Notes: a model not told the origin generated them from the letters alone. DNA of 64,000 nucleotides from the human T2T-CHM13v2.0 reference genome, Homo sapiens (GCF_009914755.1 NC_060926.1); one strand, 5' to 3'; counted from the first letter of the stretch, positions 48,931 to 62,819 are shown. Program-made: numbers and translations.

Positions 48931-49389
48931 AATTCTCAGTTAGACTAGGCTGAGGGGAGACACATCTGCCAGGTTGTAATCATAGGTCAATTCATCCCAT
49001 ATTCTTTCCAGCTGGATGCTTTAGGCTTCATGACTTCCAGGAAATCATTTCTTTCATTTTGAAAGTTAAATATCAAGGTGATGTTGGTTTCATTACCAAG
49101 AGAAGATCAAGGGAGGTTTACAATGTAAGAAATGGCCTTACAGATTATGAAGACCAATATTCACTTATTACAAACAAGGCAGCAAAAGTTCAGACGTTGT
49201 TTCTAATTCAGATGACGATATATTTTGGCTATCAAGTTAAAAATTGCAGGTGGCAATGCTACACATATATACACAGACATTGATTAAGAGGACACTAGGA
49301 CTGACACAAACCAAGTAGCTCAGAATTCAACAGAAATTCCCCAAAGCAAAAAGAAGAGGTCTTTGGGAATGGAAGAGAGTGTTTAGCCA

Positions 49390-49540
49390 TCAGAGTCACA
49401 GAGAACTGGCCTCAAAGTTCAACTATGTGGCTCGGGCAATCACGAAGCCTCTCTGAGCCTGTTTCTTTACCTGCAAAATGGAAGTAATAATACCTCACAG
49501 AATAAAATGAGTCTCAGCATGTAATAGCTACAAGCATATA
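49390..49540 (+). mobile_element. MIR
   Basis: CCTCTCTGAGCCTGTTTCTTTACCTGCAAAATGGAAGTAATAATACCTCACAG core. Confidence 0.8.
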
Positions 49541-50741
49541 AACAAGTGCATTCTCATTAACCCTAATACTCAAATCTTGTTGCCCCAACATCCAACCTAA
49601 TTTGTTCAGAAAGACGGGACCTAACATAGTTACTCCTCCTCAAATATTTCCAACCCCAAGGTGGTTTTCCTCCTTCCACTGACCTGCCCTAATTTTCCAT
49701 CTCTGCTATAATTAGCTTAGTTGAGATTCCATAGAACTTAGAAAGTGCCCCAAGAGGTCATGCTCTGAGTTGAAGCCTTGCTCTCTTTATTCACATTACA
49801 GCTGAGGTGATGGCTGAGAAAGAAATCACCTCACTGTCTCCTCAATAGAGTAAGAGCCAGAGCCATGGCATAGTGCCACTGAATCCGGCCCTCCAGTGTG
49901 CTTCCATCTAAAGCCAGTGGTACTCACGGGTCCAGTGAGTTGCATCTCCATACTCAGAGTCAGGAGCAGACTGGCTCCTTCTTGGAGATTTGTTTGAATT
50001 GGAGAAGGGAGAGCGGGATAACACAATAAAATTGACTGAAGCCTAAAGTATTATATCTTTTAATCTTGGTGTCTTTTCCATTGGGAAATTATGACTTCCT
50101 TCTCTCAGTGCTCTTAGATAGACCACCAGAGTAGCTAGAACAGAGCAGTCTTGGCACCTACCACCATGTTGTACCCAGGACCATTAATTCACACTTGGCT
50201 CAGCCTCTGTTACTGTGCCTGTTTGGGTGCCAGACTTTACCTTTGGTTATGACATGGTGTCTCATGGGGCCCATTACTTCTGTCTGTGCTCTGGCCTCCA
50301 CATATAATTCTACCCAAGTCTGACTCTTTCTCTGCTTGCCTCTCTGCCTCTAAAATTCTCTTACTCCCAGGAGTCTCTTATACCTCTGTGAAATCAGTGG
50401 ACACAAAAGTCATGTGACTTCTTTCTGATTCAACTCTTGAGCTACAGCACTTTTGTCCACCTAGCCATATACATGAATGTCAAAACACTGAATAAATATG
50501 TGACACATACCACACACAAAGAAAGAAAGTAAAAAGCAAGAGGTTAGGAGAAGCAAGGAGTAGGAGAGCCATGTGAATACCTCTCCAGAAAATGAAACTG
50601 AAATTAAATGGCTTATGTCAGTCAAAGTAAGCTGGAAGATGGCTGAGCTTCCACTCTAAGTGTCAAACAGATATGTAGGCTTACATATTAATTGGATAAT
50701 TGGTGTGATGCTTCCAATTCAAATATATAGTCACAGATTAA

Positions 50742-50874
50742 ACTTATGCCTGTGTTCCATTATTGGAACGCTAAGCATGTGGGAGTTATTTATATCCTAC
50801 TGCTCAAAATCATCATCAAGGTCTGATTTCAAAAATTCAAAAATTCAAAAATTGCAACCTCAGGCATAAATGGG
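50742..50874. mobile_element. MER85 piggyBac (PGBD3-derived) MITE
   Basis: TTAA at 50738-50741 and 50875-50878. Intact TIR AGGCATAAATGGG. Internal GTTCCATTATTGGAACGCTAAGCATGTGGGAGTTATTTATATCCTACTGCTCAA matches remembered MER85. Confidence 0.93.
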
Positions 50875-51539
50875 TTAAGCCAAATCTTGATAGTTTACCA
50901 CCCACTTTTAGGTTTTTTGTTTGTTTTTATCCATCTGATATTTCTAATCAGCACTGTTCCACACACCACATGGAGGAAAGAGAATGGTGAACACAGCTAG
51001 AGGACCCTGGAAAAAAATCTAGAGGAAGACTACTGATAGAAAAGTATCACAATTTTTATAGGAAAAAGTTGGAGTTTTAGTGCAAGAAGGCTTAACTCCT
51101 TGAATCACACAGTCAAATGCACTAATTTTTATAGACAAGGACAAAGGGCACAGAGAGGTTATAAGTAAAACCAATATATTATTCCTCAGAGTATTAGGTA
51201 GAAGCTTAATTAGTTTAAGAGAATCATCAGAGGAGACAATTAGACTTAATGACATTTCCTAGATTTTCTGGGCATAGTATATATAAAATAATTTCAACGG
51301 GTGAATCTTTGATTTCTAGTTAGTATACATAGGACCAAGATTATGGTAGTCATTATATACACTGAATCTAGTTATGGGAACATTGATATTTGCAATTTGT
51401 AGATGTTTCATACAGGTTCAGGGACAAACATTTAAATATCATTATTTGATATTAGGAGAAACTGAGCCAAGTGTGTTAGGAATAGTACCAGACTAGAAAG
51501 CAGGTATTCTTGTCCTGACTCTTCACAAACTTCCCAAGC

Positions 51540-52064
51540 TGCAGAGAGGGATATGCTGTCCCCATGCCATTTTTAATGGTACCTGGCAGCTCTTCTCATC
51601 ATGAAATGATGTCTACTTCTCTATTCCATGAATCTGGGCTGGCTTTGTAATTCCTTTGTTCAATGGATTTGATTGATGGAATATGGCAGGAGTGACAGCA
51701 TGCCAGTTCTGAGCCTGGACCTCAGGAAGCCTTGCTGTCTCTCTCTCTTACTTTCTCTACCTCCTGCTATGAGAACAAGCCCAGTCTAGCCTGCTACAGG
51801 AGGAGAGACCACGAAGGGTGCAAAATTCAGCCAAGTTTTCCCAGCCAAGGACTCAGACATGTGATTGAACCAGCTAAGACTGCAAAACAGCCTAGCTGAC
51901 CTGAAGCTGAACTCAGATGCAAGAGTGAGCCCTACTGATACCAGAACTGGCAATGAACCCACAGCCTCAAGAGTAATAATAAATGCTTATTATATTAAGT
52001 AACATCTTTTAGGGTTGTGGTAGTTGTTCTTGCATCATTATTGTGATAACAGACAACTGATACA
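51540..52064 (+). mobile_element. MLT1 (F/G/H-like) solo LTR
   Basis: GAATCTGGGCTGGC..GGAGTGAC..CCAGTTCTGAGCCT..AATAAATGCTTATT..ACAACTGATACA terminus. Confidence 0.85.
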
Positions 52065-52174
52065 GGGACATATATTTCTGAAGGAACAAGCTCCTTCTAT
52101 AACATTAGTATGGCTCTGATTTCTGGTGGAGTAGATTAGATGTTCCTAATTTGACTGTGAAGAAAAATGTAGAG

Positions 52175-52290
52175 ATATAAATACAAATACAAATATATCT
52201 GTATATTCATGTAAATGTGCATGTGCATATATATATATACACACACACAGAGTATATATAGAAATACATATATATGTGATATATATAATC
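52175..52290. repeat. (TA)n/(CA)n low-complexity
   Basis: Direct observation. Confidence 0.8.
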
Positions 52291-54368
52291 ACATCTGTAG
52301 CTATGACTAACTTTAAACATATATGTTTACCTATATCTAGATTAATGGACACAAACTGTAAAATCAGACAAGATGCTTTACACAGAGCTTCTCAACCTGA
52401 TACATTCATCTTCATATAAAGGTAAATTACTCATTTCTGTCATTGAGGATTTACTAAAGGCATGATTGAGAGTATATCTTGTGCACTGGCATAAACTTGG
52501 CCAGAGCAGATTTATTTAGTAGGTTGGGTAACTAACGTATCTTTCGATTTAGCCAAACACGGGTTTTATTTGCTCACCCATCTTTTTTCCCTCTTATTAT
52601 GGTTTGGGTGGCCCTGCATAAGATTTGTTCACATCAGTGATTAGTCCCTGTATCATTTTTATAGGGCTATTTTTAAAAGGTGCTTATTTAAGTGACTGGT
52701 AACTAATCATAGTTCTATAATTGACTGAAAAGTTGACTCAGTGTAAAATTCAAATTAAATTGAAAAGAAGCCCAAACCCTCATTATAAATTTTTCTTCCC
52801 AGCTCCACAAACACTCATTTTACAAACAGCAAAAGCATGAAGAGACAAAGTTTGCCTTCCTGCAAAAAATATGTTCAACAATTACAGACCAAAACTTATA
52901 GCAAAGGAAGAACGTTCCTCTTTCTTTGCAGTGACACTAATAAAAGGAAAGAAATATAAGTACTGCTTAGTGTAGGCTGGGAAATGCCTAAATTTTAAAA
53001 TTAGAATAGTAGCATTTTATTTCTGGACAAGCTCGACTGATCTTTTTACACAGAGCGACAGACAGGCTTAGAGGGGCATGACCTCATTGCAAAGATTTGG
53101 GCTTCAAAGGCCGCTCCTCAAACCTCTTGCTGATCACCTGCCCTTCTACCACCCCAAATTAAACATTTAAAAGTTTTGAAGCCTTCTTGCTTTACATGAA
53201 ACATTTTTCTACCATCCTTCAGTCAATTACCCAGAGGCCAAAAATATCTCTTCCCCCATTCAGCCCATGGCACCTCCACTGTGAAGTGCTCTAAATCCAT
53301 TAACAGGGCCCTCTCTGCATGCTACATCATCAGAGGAACAAAGCCATGATGATGTAGAACAACCCATGTCCATGTATATCACTAGAGTTCTAGCCTCTTG
53401 ATCAGCCGGTGGGTTTAATAAACATTCCAGATGGCTTGCTCTGCCTGAAGGAAGAATGGATAATCACACTGCATTCCCTTCCACACAATAATAAAATAAG
53501 GCCATGGTAGCACAGAAGCCCAAGCCTGCCAAAAACACTGAAAGGACTGCTTAGAACAATAGAACCAAGTGATTGGAAGGCACATCAGTGCCCTCACCCT
53601 TTATAAGGGAAGGTGGCCTGCTTTCCTATAAAGCAGGCAAACCAATTGTGTTATGCAACAGCTCTGCTAAAAAATAAAGAAAGCAAAAAAATAAACAAAT
53701 AAACCAAAACAACAACAAAAAACTTCATCTAAATACTTTCCTTTAAAAGTATTTGGTACAAAGGAAATTTAAATAAAAGCTCAGAAATAAATTCTTTGTG
53801 AGCCAGAATTCTGAGCTATGCATACATAGCCTGAGACATACAGCCATGGGTTAATTCTTGTAACCAGCAGCAGAAAGGATTTGATGAGCTTTATATTCAT
53901 TCTAAGGAATATAAGTGGGATTCCATAATTAGAGTACATGGGAGAATTCTGGGGAGTATCTATAGAGGCTTCAAAAAATGGACTCACAGAAGGAATTGAG
54001 GTGAGCACCAATGGTCAGTCCTTATAGCATCTATCTCTCATCTCTTTCATGTTGCTCTGAATTCTTCCACCTTTTGCTCCTCGAGTAGTATCTTTGGCTC
54101 TTTTGACTGATGCCCCATTTGCCATAATTAATATGCCCTTGATTGATAACTTATATTCCTTTTGAATTTAAAACATGATTTTCTTGCTATGGGATTGAAG
54201 TATATCAGAATTGGAACTTAAAGTCTTCCCAATAGTTATCAAGAAAGGCCTATGCAGGGCACAGAGGATTTTCAGGGCAGTGAAACTCTTCTGTATGATA
54301 CTGTGATGGCAGATACATGTCATTATAAATTTGTTCAAACCCTTAGAATGTACATCAAGAAAAAACTC

Positions 54369-56701
54369 TGATATGGTTTGGCTGTGTCCCCACCTAAATC
54401 TCAACTTAATGTATCTCCCAGAATTGCCACATGTTGTTGGAGGGACCTAGGGGGAGGTAATTGAATCATGGGGGCTGGTCTTCCCCGTGCTATTCTTGTA
54501 ATAGCGAATAAGTCTTATGAGATCTGATGGGTTTATCAGAGGTTTCTGCTTTTGCTTCTTCCCCATTTTCTCTTGCCGCTGCCATGTAAGAAATGCCTTT
54601 CACATCTCACCATGATTCTGAGGCCTCTCCAGCCATGTGGAACTCTAAGTCCAATTAAACCTTTTTTGTTCCCACTTTCGGATATGTCTTTATCAGCAGT
54701 GTGAAAACAAACTAATATGGTACATTGGTACCAGTAAAGTGCGGCATTGCTCAAAAGATACCCAAAAATGTGGAAGTGACTTTGGAACTGGGTAACAGGC
54801 AGATGTTGGAACAGTTTGGAGGGCTCAGAAGAAGACAGGAAAATATGGGAAAGTTTGGAACCTCCTAGAGATTTGTTGAATGGCTTTGACAAAAATGTTG
54901 ATAGTAAAATGAACAATAAGGTTCCTGGCTGAGTTGGTCTCAGATGGAGATGAGGAACTTGTTAGGAACCAGAGCAAAGGTGACTCTTGTTATGTTGTAG
55001 CAAAGAGACTGGTGGCATTTTGCCCCTGCCCTAGAGATTTGTGGAACTTTGAACTTGAGAGAGATGATTTAAGATATCTGGTGGAAGAAATTTCTAAGCA
55101 GCAAAGCATTTGAAAGGTGACTTGGGTGCTGTTAAAACATTCCATTTTAAAAGGGAAACAGAGCATAAAAGGTCAGAAAATTTACAGCCTGACAATGTAG
55201 TAGAAAAGAAAAACCCATTTTCTGAAGAGAAATTTAAGCTAGCTGCAGAAATTTGCATAAGTAGCAAGAAGCCTAACATTAATCCCCAAGACCATGGGGA
55301 AAATGTCTCCAGGCCATGTCAGAGACCTTCACAGCAGTCCCTCCAATCACAGGCCGAGAGGCCCAGGAGGAAAAAGTGGTTTTATTGGCTGGGCCCAGGG
55401 TCCCCATGCTGTGTACAGCCTAGGAACTTGGTGCCCTGTGTCCCAGCCACTACAGCTGTGGCTGAAAGGGGCCAATGTACAGCTTGGGCTGTGGCTTAAG
55501 AGGGTGGAAGCCCCAAGCTTTGGCAGCTTCCATATGGTGTTGAGCCTGCAGGTGCACAGAAGTCAAGAATTGAGGTTTGGGAACCTCTGCCTAGATTTCA
55601 GAAAATGTATGGGAATGCCTGGATGTCCAGGCAAAAGCTTGCTGAAGGGGTGGGGCCCTCATGGAGAACCTCTGCTAGAGAAGTGTGGAAGGGAAATGTG
55701 GGGTTTGAGTCCCTACTGGGGTACTGCCTAATGGAGCTGTGAGAGGAGGGCCACCATCCTCCAGACCCCAGAATGGTAGATCCACTGATGGCTTGCACCT
55801 TGTGCCTGGAAAAACCGCAGACACTCAACACCAGCCCATGAAAGCAGCCGGGAAAAAGACTGTATCTTGTAAAGCCACAGGGATGAAGCTGCCCAAGACC
55901 ATGGCAGTCTACCTTTTGCATCAGTGTGACCTGGATATGAGACCTGGAGTCAAGGGAGATCATTTGGGAGCTTTAAGATTTGACTGCCCCACTGCATTGT
56001 GGACTTGCATGGGGCCTGTAGCCTCTTTGTTTTGGCCAATTCCTCCCATTTGGAATGGCTACATTTACCCAATACCTGTACCCCCATTGTATCTAGGAAG
56101 TAACTAGGTGGCTTTTGATTTTACAGGCTCATAGGCAGAAAGGACTTGCCTTTTCTCAGATGAGACTTTGGACTGTGGGCTTTCAGGTGAATAGTGAAAT
56201 GAGTTAAGACTTTGGGGGACTGTTGGGAAGGCATGATTGGTTTTGAAATGTGAGGACATGAGGTTTTAAGGGGACAGGGGCAGAATGGTATGGTTTGGCT
56301 GTGTGCCCACCCAGATCTCAACTTGAATCGTGAGTCCCAGAATTACCACATGTTGTAGGAGGGACCCAGGGGGAAGTAATTGAATCATGGAGGCTGGTCT
56401 TTCCTGTGCTATTCTCATGATAGTGAATAAGTCTCACAAGATCTGATGGGTTTATTGGGGGGTTCTGCTTTTGCTTCTTTCCCATTTTCTCTTGTTTCCA
56501 CCATGTAAGAAGTGCCTTTCACCTCCTGCCATGATTCTGTGGCCTCCCCAGCCTCAAGACTGAGAAGACATAACCAAGACTGGGAAGAAAAAAGATTTAA
56601 TTGGACTTACAGTTCTTATGTAGAACTGTAAGTCCAATTAAATCTTTTTTCTTCCCAGTCTTGGTTATGTCTTTATCAGCAGTGTGAAATGGGCTAGTAC
56701 A
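54369..56701 (+). mobile_element. Full-length THE1A MaLR provirus (5' LTR 54369-54719, internal ~54720-56285, 3' LTR 56286-56701)
   Basis: TGATATGGTTTGGCTGTGTCCCCAC..AATCTCAACTT LTR start, two LTRs, purine tract GGGGACAGGGGCAGAA, and 5-bp TSD AACTC at 54364-54368 and 56702-56706. Confidence 0.96.
56565..56673. repeat. Perfect inverted repeat, 52-bp arms, 5-nt spacer
   Basis: 56565-56616 is the exact reverse complement of 56622-56673; spacer TATGT. Confidence 0.97.
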
Positions 56702-57599
56702 AACTCCAATATAAACTATGGACTTTGGGTGATAACTATGTGTCCATGTCATTTCATCAATTGTAATAAATGTGCCACTCTGGTGCCAGATGTTGATATA
56801 GGGGAGTCTCTGCATATGTGGGGATGGGGGACATATGAAAAATCTCTGTACCTTCTGCTCAATTTTTCTGTAACCCTAAAGCTGCTCTAAAAGATAAAGT
56901 CTACTAAAAAAGAAAGAAAGGCGTATGTTTTCCCTTTCTTGATGGCCAATTTGGGGACATTAACTTAGAAGCCTCAGCAACATGCCTAAGAGTCTGATGC
57001 ACACAAATAAAAATGTTCAAGTTCTGACTATGTTGATCCACATACCAGAGTACACGCAGGTTTCCTAAGGGGAAGATAAAGGTGCCTTAGAAGGAAAGGT
57101 GCCTATAATTAAGGGGCACATATTGCTGGCTCCCATCTCTCCTGGCAGTGCTTCCTACTGTTTATGACTTGTGGGTCGTTATGGTGAAGGGAAGAGGAAT
57201 GAGCTGATACAGGGTGTGAATGATGTTGCAATCTAAGGGGGAGTATACTCATTTAAGAACCTGTAAGGATCTTTAAGCATACTCATTTATGCCTTATAGA
57301 ATATTTGGGAAAATTTAGTCTTTTAAGTGGGTCTTGATATTTGACATCTTCTTTTCCTGTGATATCAGCTTGTTTCATAAAGCTAATAAATCAAACCTTG
57401 TGCAAACCAAACAGTTATTTCTCTCTCTTTAATTAAGTATTTAACATATCAAAAAGCTAATAATAATAATGTGGTAACGTAACAAACATCAAAGGAACTA
57501 TGTTATATTATGGGTCCTGTTAAGATACCAGTTTTCTAATTTGCCGTTAAATATAGTGCATTTTAAATCAAACTTCAGTTAGTAATATTTTCAAAGAAA

Positions 57600-58355
57600 T
57601 TCACCTGGATTAAAAATAGGTATAAAACAAAACTATGCTGAAAAAGAGGAATAATATAAAAATATATGATAAAACTACAATAATTAAAACAGTGTGATAC
57701 TAGACCATGAGCAGAGGAAAACAACAGTAAAGTCCATATCAATTTAGTACAAAATAAAAGTTGCTTTTCAAATCACTTAGAGAAATATTTGGCTAATGAT
57801 ACTTTCAATTTAACAGTGGGTTTGTCCAGATGTGACTACAGTGTAAGTCAAGGAGTATACACCTTCTGCACCATTGTAAAGTAAAAAAATCATAAGGCAA
57901 ACCATCATAAATTAGAAACCATCTGTGTATACACACACACAAACACACCAATACACACACACATACACACAAGTACAGTAATTCCTACATGTATCCAAAA
58001 GCTCCTATAAATAAGTCAATACAGATAAACCATTAAAAATAATAAAATATTTGAATAAGCAATTCACAAAAGATTATATCCACTTAGCCAATAAAGCATT
58101 TTAATAGCCAATAAATGAAGGGGCATCACCTCATTCATCATTAAGAAAACGAAAATAAAACCATCCATCAGAATGAAAATACCTGACAATACCAAAATAT
58201 TCAAGGAAATCTCATAAATTGCTGTGAGAGTCTAAATTGTTAAATTTATCTTGGAAGACTGGCAGTAGCTACTAATGTTGAACATATGCATACCCTATGG
58301 CCTCATGACTTCACTTTTAGTTATATAAGTAACCAATAAACGTATATATGTGCAA

Positions 58356-58386
<31 letters not shown>

Positions 58387-58860
58387 AACATTCATGCAAG
58401 CTATAAGTACAGGAGATAGAAACAGAAACAACTAATCGTCCATCAATGGTAGAGTAAATAAATAGTGGCATAGTCATACAATAGTATATTATATACCAAT
58501 GAAAACAAATTAACTGTTGCTCATGAGACAATATAGATCAATCTCACTAACACATGTTGAAAAAACATGCCAAACACAAAAGAGTCTCTACTACAGGATT
58601 TCATTTACTTAAATAAAAAGCCAACCTGGCTTTGAATTTGGTGATAGATATCAGCATATGGATTAACTTTAAGACAGGAGCGATGATGGGGAAAGACATA
58701 ATAGAGTCTTCCGCAGGTGACAGGAAGGTTTATTAAACAATAAACCAGATCAAACATCCGGGTGGTGGTTATGCACATGTGTTCACTTTTTAAAAATCCA
58801 CTAATGATTTACCTACTCTTCTATATGTGTTTGGCACTTCAGTTTAAAGTTTAGTTAATT
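57600..58860 (+). mobile_element. Old L1ME-like 3' fragment with microsatellites
   Basis: AAAACTACAATAATTAAAACAGTGTG..CTGACAATACCAA..GTCCATCAATGGTAGA..CATGTGTTCACTTT. Confidence 0.7.
57790..57925. mobile_element. Rearranged MER47/Tigger5 MITE ends
   Basis: ..GTAAGTCAAGGAGTAT (reverse of one terminus) followed by GCACCATTGTAAAGTAAAAAAATCATAAG..AACCATCATAA..ACCATCTG (other terminus). Confidence 0.65.
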
Positions 58861-59303
58861 TAAAAAGGGAGAGATTGGAAAATGAACTGATAAGATCGAT
58901 TGTGCTAGCCATTATTATGGAATCGTTTCTATTTCTGGCAAAGAGTTTGGGGAAAAATATATAAATCAGGGTTTCAACAAAAAAATACATTCAAATTGTC
59001 ATAATTGGAGAATGATATAATAAAGGGATTACCTACAAAGGTATGGCTGGGATGTAGGAGAATTGCAAAAGATAGTGTCATGACCTAAAGTAGTAATATT
59101 AGACCCATCATTACCCATCACATGAAAATAAAACAAAAATAAAAACAATAGTGACATAGAAGGGCTAGTAGAACCTGGAAGGAGAGAATCACATAATGAA
59201 ATGAAAAGCTACCCTGAGAAAGCCTTTGGCTGAGAGACCAGCCAGCCCTAGACAAGGACCGGCAAGGAGGGGCCAAAAGAATAAATTTTTATACCACCCT
59301 TTT

Positions 59304-60279
<976 letters not shown>

Positions 60280-60824
60280 CTCTTCTTCCTCCCTCTAATC
60301 TCTTGACAGCACTTACAATTTTATGAACCCAATTAGAAACACAAGAGAACCTTTAATGTTTTCCACACAGTCAGTTTCTAACTGCAGAAAGAGGGTGGAA
60401 AGGGATGGAGGATGGATCTAAAGGGCCAAATGGAGGGCAGAAATATATAGAAAAGTAAATGAATAAAAAAGAAATCCAATTATTAATGAGGGAGCTTATA
60501 TAGGAAACCATATAATTATATATCAGATGTCTTGACTGTGAACATGATGTATCTAGCCACATTAAATAAACACTAAGCATTGAGATATTGAGGTAACTTA
60601 ACAATTGAGATGAATGTGTAGGGTGGGGGAGAGTAGTAGTATAAAAGTGTAGAATTCTTACTTGAACAACTGGAATTCAATAGATTATCTTAGAAAACTG
60701 AAAGGAAGTAAGTAAATAAGGATGCTATCCAAATACACTGGAATAAAAAACAGAAAGAACATGAAGATTTTGCATATGATTGACTTGGGAGAGGAAATCA
60801 GGAGGTGAGGAAGACTACGTAAAA

Positions 60825-61915
60825 GATCTTGGTGTCAGCTTTGGCATAGAAATTATGGCTAAGCCGTCAAAAGCAACAACAACAAAACCAAAAACTGATA
60901 AGTGAGACCTAATTAAACAGCTTCTTCAAAGCAGGAGAAACTATCAAAGGAGTAAACAAACAATATACAGAATGGGAAGAAATATTTGCAAACTATGTAT
61001 CTGACAAAAGTGTAATATCCAGAATCCATAAGGAACTTAAACAATTCAACAATCAGAAAACAGCCTCATTAAAAAGTGGGTAAACAACATGAACAGGCCA
61101 CCTGTGAAAGAAGACATACATGCAGCATATATGAAAAAATGCTTATCATCACTAATCATCATAAAATGCAAATTAAAACCACAATAAGATCTCATACCAG
61201 TCAGAATGGCTAGTAATAAAAAGTCAAAAAAAAATGACAGGTGTTGGCAAGGTTTTGGAGAAAATGGAACACTAACATACTGCTGATGGAAGTGTAAATT
61301 AGTCCAGCCACTGTGGAAAGCAGTTTGTAGATTTCTCAAAGAATTGAGAGTTGAACTGCTATTCAATCCAGCAATCCCATTACTGGGTATATATTCAAAG
61401 AAAAATAAATTATTCTACCATAAGGACACATGCACCTGTATGTTCATCATAATGCTATTCACCATAGAAAAAAATGTGGAATCAACCCTAGTACCTATCA
61501 ACAGTGTACTGGATAGAAAAAATGTGTTACATATATACCATGGAATACTATGCAGCCATAAAAAAGAATATAATCACATCCTTTGATGCAACATCGATGC
61601 AGCTGGAGACCATTATTCTAAGAGAACTTATGCAAAAACAGAAAACTAAACCCTGTACATTCTCACTTCTAAGTGCGAGCCAAACATAAGTTACACATGA
61701 ACATAAAGATGAGAACAAAAGACACTGGGGACTACTAGATAGGGGAAGGGAGGAGGAGGGCAAGGGCTAAAAGTTTACCTATTGGGTACTATGCTTACTA
61801 CATGGGTTTTGGGCTCAATTATACCCCAAACCTCAGCATCAAGCAATATATGTTTGTAATAAACCTGCCATGTACCTCCTTATTCTAAAGCAAAAACGAA
61901 AGTTAAAAATTAGCT
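60825..61915 (+). mobile_element. L1PA16/17-like 3' fragment
   Basis: GACCTAATTAAAC..CCAGCAATCCCATTACTGGGTATATA..CCTATTGGGTACTATGCT..CCCCAAACCTCAGCATC. Confidence 0.9.
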
Positions 61916-62169
61916 ATTAAAGGAGTAGTAATAGAATATATAAATTTAAAACAGTAGATAAGAGGAATAATTAAACATCATTTGATCCAATGGAAGTCTA
62001 GAAAAGATTCAAATGAAAAAGAAAAGCAAAAAAAAAAGCATGCTGAAGAACAAAATAACATTGCAAAAATAAAATATGTCTAAATATATATGTAAGGATC
62101 ATCTGTAGAAGCTGGGATTGCATAGTGCCTGGAGTAAGGCTTCTGGATCCCAGCCAGGAGATGGGGAAC

Positions 62170-62262
62170 CTGGGGCCATAAGAGGTGAAATGATGAGTTA
62201 TCCAAGTCATGCAGCTAATTAAGTGGCAGAACTGGGATTAGAACTCAGGTTTCCTGCCTCCT
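62170..62262 (-). mobile_element. MIR relic
   Basis: AGAGGTGAAATGA..TCCAAGTCATGCAGCTA..GGCAGAACTGGGATTAGAACTCAGG. Confidence 0.7.
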
Positions 62263-62819
62263 AAGAATGTTAAAATCAACCTTTGGAAGCAAACCTCCAG
62301 TGCCTTCTTAAAGCATATCATCAGAAGACCAGTTGTGGTAAAATTAAATCCTGGAGTGAATTATTGAGGGGACCTGGCTTGCCTGGATGACTGCTCGAAT
62401 ATAGCCCTGAGAAGGCAGAGGAATATGTAAGTGGACAACCGAAGAGTAAGTATGGGTATGCATTTCTCTGAGGAAACAATGTGTCGCATATCAGTACACA
62501 GGAGAGAAGGATGTGAAGACAACTAGAGAGCCACACTTTTCAGAGCTGGATATATATTTACAGATTTTTTCCTATTTTTGGTTATTTTGTGATATAATTT
62601 GTCTTGTTTTATAATAGTTAATGATTTTTCACTTTTGTAAGATAAATGTATGATATTGTGGATTTAAATGTGAAGTGTTCTTTCACATTTAAGTTTTAGT
62701 CATTTTCTTTTGCCTCTGTGTCAGTGTATCGAATGTTAAAAGAATTTTAGAAGATTTTATATATATGACAGAGATACAGAATAAGAATTATTTAACATGG
62801 ATTAATCTCACTTATTGAG

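Larger units (their letters stand above)
54250..56915 (+). mobile_element. L1MC-type 3' UTR (54250-54368 and 56702-56915) split by THE1A
   Basis: GGGCACAGAGGATTTTCAGGGCAGTGAAACT..TAGAATGTACA resumes as TAAACTATGGACTTTGGGTGATAA..AATCTCTGTACCTTCTGCTCAATTTT..AAAGTCTA. Confidence 0.85.

Noticed and set aside
55110-56107. Overlapping 120-145 aa ORFs
   Set aside because: Broken THE1 internal ORF remnants.
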